Part shown: piece after piece, positions 59,096-64,000 of the stretch
How positions within the stretch are numbered: the stretch's first letter is position 1
How the letters are laid out: every line of letters begins with the position of its first letter
Source of the DNA: Candidatus Latescibacterota bacterium
GTDB lineage: Bacteria > Latescibacterota > UBA2968 > UBA8231
Length of the DNA: 64,000 bases
Direction of reading: 5' to 3'
NCBI GenBank assembly: GCA_965215195.1
Contig: CBDCDC010000001.1
Location: 448,001-512,000 of the forward strand
Translations under genes and position numbers: made by a program
The notes under the pieces: generated by a model
The model's input: the letters and a program-made list of their open reading frames with translations, nothing else
What the model was told of the DNA's origin: nothing
The model's database searches: none

Positions 59096-60640
59096 CTACT
59101 TCTTGTAGTTTTGCGGGCAGATGTCTAGTTTTTTGATATTATAAGAGAAAATGCGGGTCGTAGTGCCGAGGGTGCGGGCGGCCTTGGCCATATTGCCGCA
59201 GGCATTCTTGAGGGCTTCAATGAGGATTTCTCGTTTATAGGCCCGCACCATCGCCTCATACGAGCCGGCAACCGGCGTTCCGGTAGCATCAGCCGTTTGC
59301 AGGGAGGGGGGCAGGTGGTGGCCGTGGATGACGCCGTCGTTGCTGAGAATGATCGCCCGTTCAATGCAGTTTTCCAATTCGCGTACGTTGCCCGGCCAGT
59401 GGTAGCTCGTCATCATGTCAATAGCGGGCGTAGAGATGCGGTGCATCTCCACGCTGTGCTGACGAGCGTACTTTTCGAGGAAGTGGTCGGCGAGCTGGGT
59501 TATGTCGGATTTGCGCTCGCGCAAGGGCGGGATGAAGATGGGAAAGACATTGAGTCGGTAGAAGAGGTCCTCGCGGAAGGTCCCCTCGGTCATGGCTTTT
59601 TCCAAGTCGATGTGGGTCGCCGCCACGACGCGGACATCCGTCGGCACGGGGCCGCGGCCGCCGAGGCGCTCGACTTCGCGATTTTGCAGTACGCGGAGTA
59701 GCTTGACCTGCACACTCGGGCTGAGCTCGCCGATTTCGTCGAGGAAAATCGTCCCGCCGCGCGCTCGTTCAAACCGGCCGGCTTTGCTCGTCGAGGCCCC
59801 GGTGTACGCGCCGCGCTCGTAGCCGAATAGCTCGGATTCGACCAAGGTCTCCGGCAGGGAGGCGACATGCACTTTGACAAAGGGTTTGTCGGCGCGTAAG
59901 CTGTTGTAATGTATGGCATCTGCGGCAAGTTCCTTACCCGTGCCGCTCGCGCCGCGCAACAGGACCGTGGCGTCGCTGGGGGCCACTTGGCCGATGAGCT
60001 GGCCAACCTCCTGCATGGGTCGGGAGTTGCCGATGAGGTTGGCGGGGTGGAAGCGCTCGCGGAGCTCCTTTTGCAGGCGCAAGTTTTCGTCGAGGAGCTC
60101 GGTTTGCTCGGCGCGGGCGCGCTGCCGGGCGGCGACCGATTGGCCGATCATGACGGATATGATGGACAGCAGGCGCACGGTATCTTGCAGGCTTTCGTTA
60201 TTTTTGTAGGGAATATCGACGCTAATGGTGCCTACTACCTGCTGCTGCTGCAGGATGGGTACGCAAATGAACGAGGTCTGGCTCTTAGCCGCGCTGCCGC
60301 GAGCGCCGGTGCGGTTGAGGAAGAGAGGCTCGCTACTGATGCGCGGCACGATCACGGGTTTGCCCGATTCTACGACCTTGCCGGTGATGCCTTCTCCAAC
60401 GTCGTAGCGGCCGCGCTTGATTTCCGATTTCGAGAGCCCATACGCCACGTCAATGGAGACTTCGGTGGCTTTTTGGCTTAAGAGGCTGACCGTCCCCAAG
60501 CTCATGTCGAGCCGGTCGCACATGAGCTTGAGAATGACGTTGAGCGCCTTGTCAAACTCGGTCGTCGAGCCTAGTATTTGCCCGATTTCGTGTAGGATGG
60601 AGATTTGCTGTTGGGCACTGGCGGTCGGTTGGGTGGACAT
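59096..60640 (-). CDS. NifA-like GAF-AAA-HTH sigma54 activator
   Basis: GAF (GEGITGKV, EPLFLNRTG, SFICVPI), GASGTGKE, GAYTGA, FREDLFYRL, WPGNVRELEN, Fis HTH. Confidence 0.9.
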   Translation of the reverse strand: MSTQPTASAQQQISILHEIGQILGSTTEFDKALNVILKLMCDRLDMSLGTVSLLSQKATEVSIDVAYGLSKSEIKRGRYDVGEGITGKVVESGKPVIVPRISSEPLFLNRTGARGSAAKSQTSFICVPILQQQQVVGTISVDIPYKNNESLQDTVRLLSIISVMIGQSVAARQRARAEQTELLDENLRLQKELRERFHPANLIGNSRPMQEVGQLIGQVAPSDATVLLRGASGTGKELAADAIHYNSLRADKPFVKVHVASLPETLVESELFGYERGAYTGASTSKAGRFERARGGTIFLDEIGELSPSVQVKLLRVLQNREVERLGGRGPVPTDVRVVAATHIDLEKAMTEGTFREDLFYRLNVFPIFIPPLRERKSDITQLADHFLEKYARQHSVEMHRISTPAIDMMTSYHWPGNVRELENCIERAIILSNDGVIHGHHLPPSLQTADATGTPVAGSYEAMVRAYKREILIEALKNACGNMAKAARTLGTTTRIFSYNIKKLDICPQNYKK

Positions 60641-60656
60641 AAGGCATCCTATCTTA

Positions 60657-60832
60657 CGACATTTCTGTCGATAATATGAGGAAAATGACATTTTTGTAAA
60701 TATCAAAAAGCCACATATTCGTCGTCGAAAAGCGAAAAATCCACCAAAGATACAGGGATATGCGCCACAAGGGGCGTCATTTAAGCAAATGCAAAAGAAA
60801 CGTCGTACATTGTTGTAGCATAAACTATGCCA
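60657..60832 (-). promoter_or_regulatory. Sigma54-like promoter and three ACA-N4-TGT sites upstream of the activator gene
   Basis: TGGCATAGTTTATGCT (60817-60832, minus); ACATTTCTGT 60659, ACATTTTTGT 60688, ACATTGTTGT 60807. Confidence 0.6.
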
Positions 60833-61007
60833 TCGCAGATCGAGGTCCAAAAGATCCGCGGATACGGTGCGGCTCCTGCAGCCGCGAGAAGGTCATTGCC
60901 GCCGCAGGTTGCACGCTAGCAGCTTACCCCATGCTTGCGGTGCCGGATGGGTGCCCCTTTAGTCGCCCGTCCACCCTTTTGAAAGGCGGCAGGCCGCTGG
61001 GGAGTCA

Positions 61008-61982
61008 GTGTCCCCCTGTGCAAGAGTGGAGGGGGTTGATCTAAAAGCCAACGCCCGTACGAGAAAAATAACCTCTATCGCAGAAATGCGAGGAGGTTCT
61101 TCTCCTGATTTGGTATTCAGCGATAGGTTCAATGGCGAGCAACAGGCCGATGTTATCTATCACGAGTACACCCACGCCGTCATATACAAATTGCACGATC
61201 GCAACGTCGGCTCATCTGGACAAGGAGCAGCCCTTGGGGAAGCCGTAGCCTTTTACTTCCCTCAGTCGTTCCTCGATGACCCTCGACAGGAATCAGGCAC
61301 ACCCGATGAGTACGACCTCCTGTTTAACTTAAGGAAGTATCCAAGAGACTATAATAACACCACCTCAGCGCATCAGAGGGGTCTGATAGCAGCAGGGGCC
61401 GCTTGGGATCTTCGGGCTGACATAGGAGCGACCAAGACGGATAAAATCATCTTCGCCGCGATGGAGATGGACTCTCCCCGCGCCAATACCTTTGAGGAAT
61501 TTTACGACAATGTGCTGCTGGCCGACGACGACCTGTACGGGAATGGAACTTGGAACTGGCAGGGGTGTAGTCAAGGGGGCGACAAAAGTCCCCACGCCGG
61601 CGAAATATGGAAGGCCTTTGACGACAATCATGGAATGCCCTCCAGCCTGCTTGACGAAGATCCTGATTGTCCCTCCTCGAAGCCGCAAGCGCAAGGAGCG
61701 GCCGCCGATGCGGTCGAAGGGGCCTATCCCAATCCGTTCAATTCGTCCGTGCATCTGCGCTATCACCTCGACGAGCCGGGGCGGGTCGAGGTGGCTGTCT
61801 ATTCAACCACCGGCCAACTCATAAGACGCCTATCCTCCCACGAGCAGGCGCAGCCGGGGTCGTACTTGGTTGTTTGGGACGGGCAATCGGATGGGGGCAC
61901 ACCCGTTGCCAGCGGCGTGTACTTCGTGCGCGTGAAGTCGCCGAGCTTGGTCAAATCGTTCAAGCTCAGCCTGATTCGGTAG
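61008..61982 (+). pseudogene. 5'-truncated M4/M36-like zinc metallopeptidase with YPNPFN/FlgD-type C-terminal domain
   Basis: DVIYHEYTH...GAALGEA...AWDLR; YPNPFN...WDGQSDGG..VASGVYF...KLSLIR; no signal peptide or propeptide and no clear start. Confidence 0.6.
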
Positions 61983-61987
61983 CCCTG

Positions 61988-62614
61988 ATGAGACCGCTGA
62001 CGCTCAGCCTTATAGCCTGTTGGGTCTTGGCCGCTTGTAGTGAGCCGATGGGTTATTCGTGTGAGGATCCCGAGCCTTGGCCGGATTGGTCCTGTGCATC
62101 GGCGAAGTTGGCGCTCACATGCGCTGGTCTCCCGCCACCGGAGGCGGTGTGCCCGGAAATATTATTCCCTCTTCTTTCTTGGGCGATGAATGATCTGAAC
62201 TGGGGCTTTCTTATATACTTGATGTCCCCAGACTTCACGTTTGTTGATGAGACGACCGGAATCAGCACACAAGGCCGAGCGCACGAAGAGAGCCTAGCCG
62301 ATAGTAGTCTGTACTGCCACTACCGTGGAGCAGAGTTCGATTTCCACGTTTCCTCCCGCACCCAGACGGATGAGTGTCTAGTGGTGTGTGGATTGGTCGA
62401 AATGCGCCTGTACCGCGAGCATGACGCTGGTTTCATAGTCAACGACGAGACCTGTCTGACGGCTTGCCCACAAGCCGAGGACGGTTTATGGCGTCTGACT
62501 GAGTGGCGGATTTTGCGGAGTGTGCCCCCTGCGCAAACCGAGGAGGGATTTGAAGTGGCCACTTGGGGCGAAGTCAAAAGAAAGGAGTGGAGTAGGGATT
62601 TCTGCACAGACTGA
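61988..62614 (+). CDS. Cys-rich lipoprotein with NTF2/SnoaL-like region and C-terminal WG.VK tail
   Basis: WVLAAC lipobox; LMSPDFTF...GLWRLTEW; ends EVATWGEVKRKEWSRDFCTD. Confidence 0.65.
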   Translation: MRPLTLSLIACWVLAACSEPMGYSCEDPEPWPDWSCASAKLALTCAGLPPPEAVCPEILFPLLSWAMNDLNWGFLIYLMSPDFTFVDETTGISTQGRAHEESLADSSLYCHYRGAEFDFHVSSRTQTDECLVVCGLVEMRLYREHDAGFIVNDETCLTACPQAEDGLWRLTEWRILRSVPPAQTEEGFEVATWGEVKRKEWSRDFCTD

Positions 62615-62619
62615 ATGGC

Positions 62620-62659
62620 AAAGGCCCCCTTGGCACGTCGTTGCCAAGGGGGCCTTTTT
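62620..62659 (+). terminator. Intrinsic terminator
   Basis: AAAGGCCCCCTTGGCA-loop-TGCCAAGGGGGCCTTTTT. Confidence 0.85.
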
Positions 62660-62775
62660 ATGCCCGAAAATTTCAAAGAACACCACTACCTCATTGCCGC
62701 AATGCATCAACCCGGTTATTATTTTGCAATGAGAATTTTTGCAATGTCAGTCAATAGTGGTCGTGCGAGGTTGGC

Positions 62776-63549
62776 ATGAGTCGAGATATGACCGACCTAT
62801 TAAATGAATGGTCCTTCGATCCAGAGGCGAATGTGCGAAAAATATCGGGAAGGGACGGGATTGCGAAGATTCAAATCCGGGTGGATCAAGGGGCCTTTCA
62901 GGGCATTTTGCAGCTAAATCTCGATGGCCGGCCCGACGGCCGCCGCCCTCACGAGCGGGACTTTGCCCTCGATTACTACCGAGACGAATTAAAAAAATAC
63001 CGCCGCGAGCACGGGGCCAGCGACGAGGGCTTCGCGCTCGATGAAGCGGCTTGCCGCGAGCTTTTCGACGAGGGGAGCCGCTTGTACAAGCGCTACGCCT
63101 TTTTGATCCAACTGCACGACTACCGCCGGGTCGTGCGCGATACCGAGCGCAATATGATGCTCTTTCGGTTTGTCAACCGCTATGCCGAGCGCGAAGAGGA
63201 CCGCGACAATCTAGAGAAATGGTGGCCCTATATCTTGCGCATCAACGGCGTGGCCCGAGCCATGATCGCGGTCGGCGACCAAGACTACGATGGCGCATTG
63301 GCGATCGTGCAGCGGACCCGCGCGCGGATTGGCACGTGGCCCGAGGTGGAGGCCGAGGAGTTCTACCTCGAGCGCGAGCGTTCAGAAACCGCGCTCGAGG
63401 AGCTGGAGCAGGAGATTTTGCAAAAGAGGCCGCTGAGCCAAAAGGAGCAGCTAGAGCGCTGGCTACAAGAAGCGGTCGATAGCGAAGAATTTGAAAAAGC
63501 CGCGCTTTTGCGCGACGAACTCAAGAAGTTGCGGGAGGACGAAGGCTGA
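62776..63549 (+). CDS. UvrB/UvrC (UVR) motif-containing protein
   Basis: GRPDGRRP; DTERN; C-terminal LQEAVDSEEFEKAALLRDEL. Confidence 0.8.
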   Translation: MSRDMTDLLNEWSFDPEANVRKISGRDGIAKIQIRVDQGAFQGILQLNLDGRPDGRRPHERDFALDYYRDELKKYRREHGASDEGFALDEAACRELFDEGSRLYKRYAFLIQLHDYRRVVRDTERNMMLFRFVNRYAEREEDRDNLEKWWPYILRINGVARAMIAVGDQDYDGALAIVQRTRARIGTWPEVEAEEFYLERERSETALEELEQEILQKRPLSQKEQLERWLQEAVDSEEFEKAALLRDELKKLREDEG

Positions 63550-63622
63550 GCGCCTCCCTGCTACATCCTACCGAATTGGCGGTCCGCTGCCCTAGACGCG
63601 GGCAGCGGACTCCGTTGCAATC

Positions 63623-64000
63623 CTAGTAAAACTCCGTTTCGTCGACCAACGCGAGGAGCGACTGATAGCGAGTCGGGTGGCGGAGCTTGCTCAGGGCGCG
63701 CTCCTTGAGCTGGCGCACGCGCTCCCGCGTCAGGCCCATCAACCCGCCGATCTGCTCCAAGGTTAGCTGGCTGCCATCGAGACCGAAGTAGAGGCGAATG
63801 ATGCGCAACTCGCGGTCTTCGAGGCTGGCGAGGGCTTCCTCTAAGTGGGCGCGGGCCGAGCTTTGCAAGACGTCGCTGTCGGGCGTGGCCTGATTGTCGT
63901 CGGCGAGGAGGCTGAGCAAGCTGCGGTCGTCGTCGTCCTCAAAGGACTCGTCGAGCGAGCGCACTGAGCGGGCACTGAGCATGGTGTCGAGAATCTCCTC
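63623..64000 (-). CDS. RpoD/SigA-family sigma-70 factor, C-terminal part (partial)
   Basis: SLD, region 4 LTLEQIG..GLTRERVRQLKERALSKLR. Confidence 0.9.
   Translation of the reverse strand, partial: EEILDTMLSARSVRSLDESFEDDDDRSLLSLLADDNQATPDSDVLQSSARAHLEEALASLEDRELRIIRLYFGLDGSQLTLEQIGGLMGLTRERVRQLKERALSKLRHPTRYQSLLALVDETEFY

Noticed and set aside
59096-60640. Evidence of nitrogen fixation (nifA)
   Set aside because: No nif structural genes in the window; neighbours are assimilation genes, so no gene symbol was assigned
62630-62645. TTGGCACGTCGTTGCC as a sigma54 promoter
   Set aside because: GG-to-GC spacing is one base short, and it is the stem-loop of a terminator

Overview
This is a GC-rich bacterial chromosomal window with about 55 genes. 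I found no rRNA, tRNA or CRISPR array. The gene mix suggests a diderm FCB-group organism such as Latescibacterota, possibly host- or sponge-associated (inference only). That mix includes a sulfatase, PhyH dioxygenases, three enolase-superfamily enzymes, CBM9-like proteins, FlgD-Ig/'YPNPFN' tails and an Rpn gene. Main blocks: catabolic enzymes (0.1-11 kb); arsC-purN converging on a flippase/deaminase/aldo-keto reductase run; an AT-rich cytosine methyltransferase islet with a truncated partner gene; sat; an operon of an internally duplicated membrane protein, a GMC oxidoreductase, a Gfo/Idh/MocA enzyme and ettA; a cell-surface cluster (PpiC lipoprotein, CBM9-like protein, lipoprotein, FlgD-tail protein); Rpn; FGGY kinase and Zn-dehydrogenase; MltF; a sigma54 two-component system facing a sigma54-driven Spy/EF-hand/beta-barrel operon; TRAP transporter; rpiA; fused IOR; def; a sigma54 amt-glnK-porin-glnA operon beside a NifA-like GAF activator; and a partial sigma-70 gene. 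The best candidate for an undescribed system is a shared C-terminal '(T)AVE-x-[ST]-x-WG-x-[VI]-K' tail on three unrelated exported proteins, which may be a sorting or secretion signal. Other notable features are an ACA-N4-TGT operator set around the NifA-like regulator, an intragenic Rpn start with a strong RBS, and several small gene scars between intact genes.
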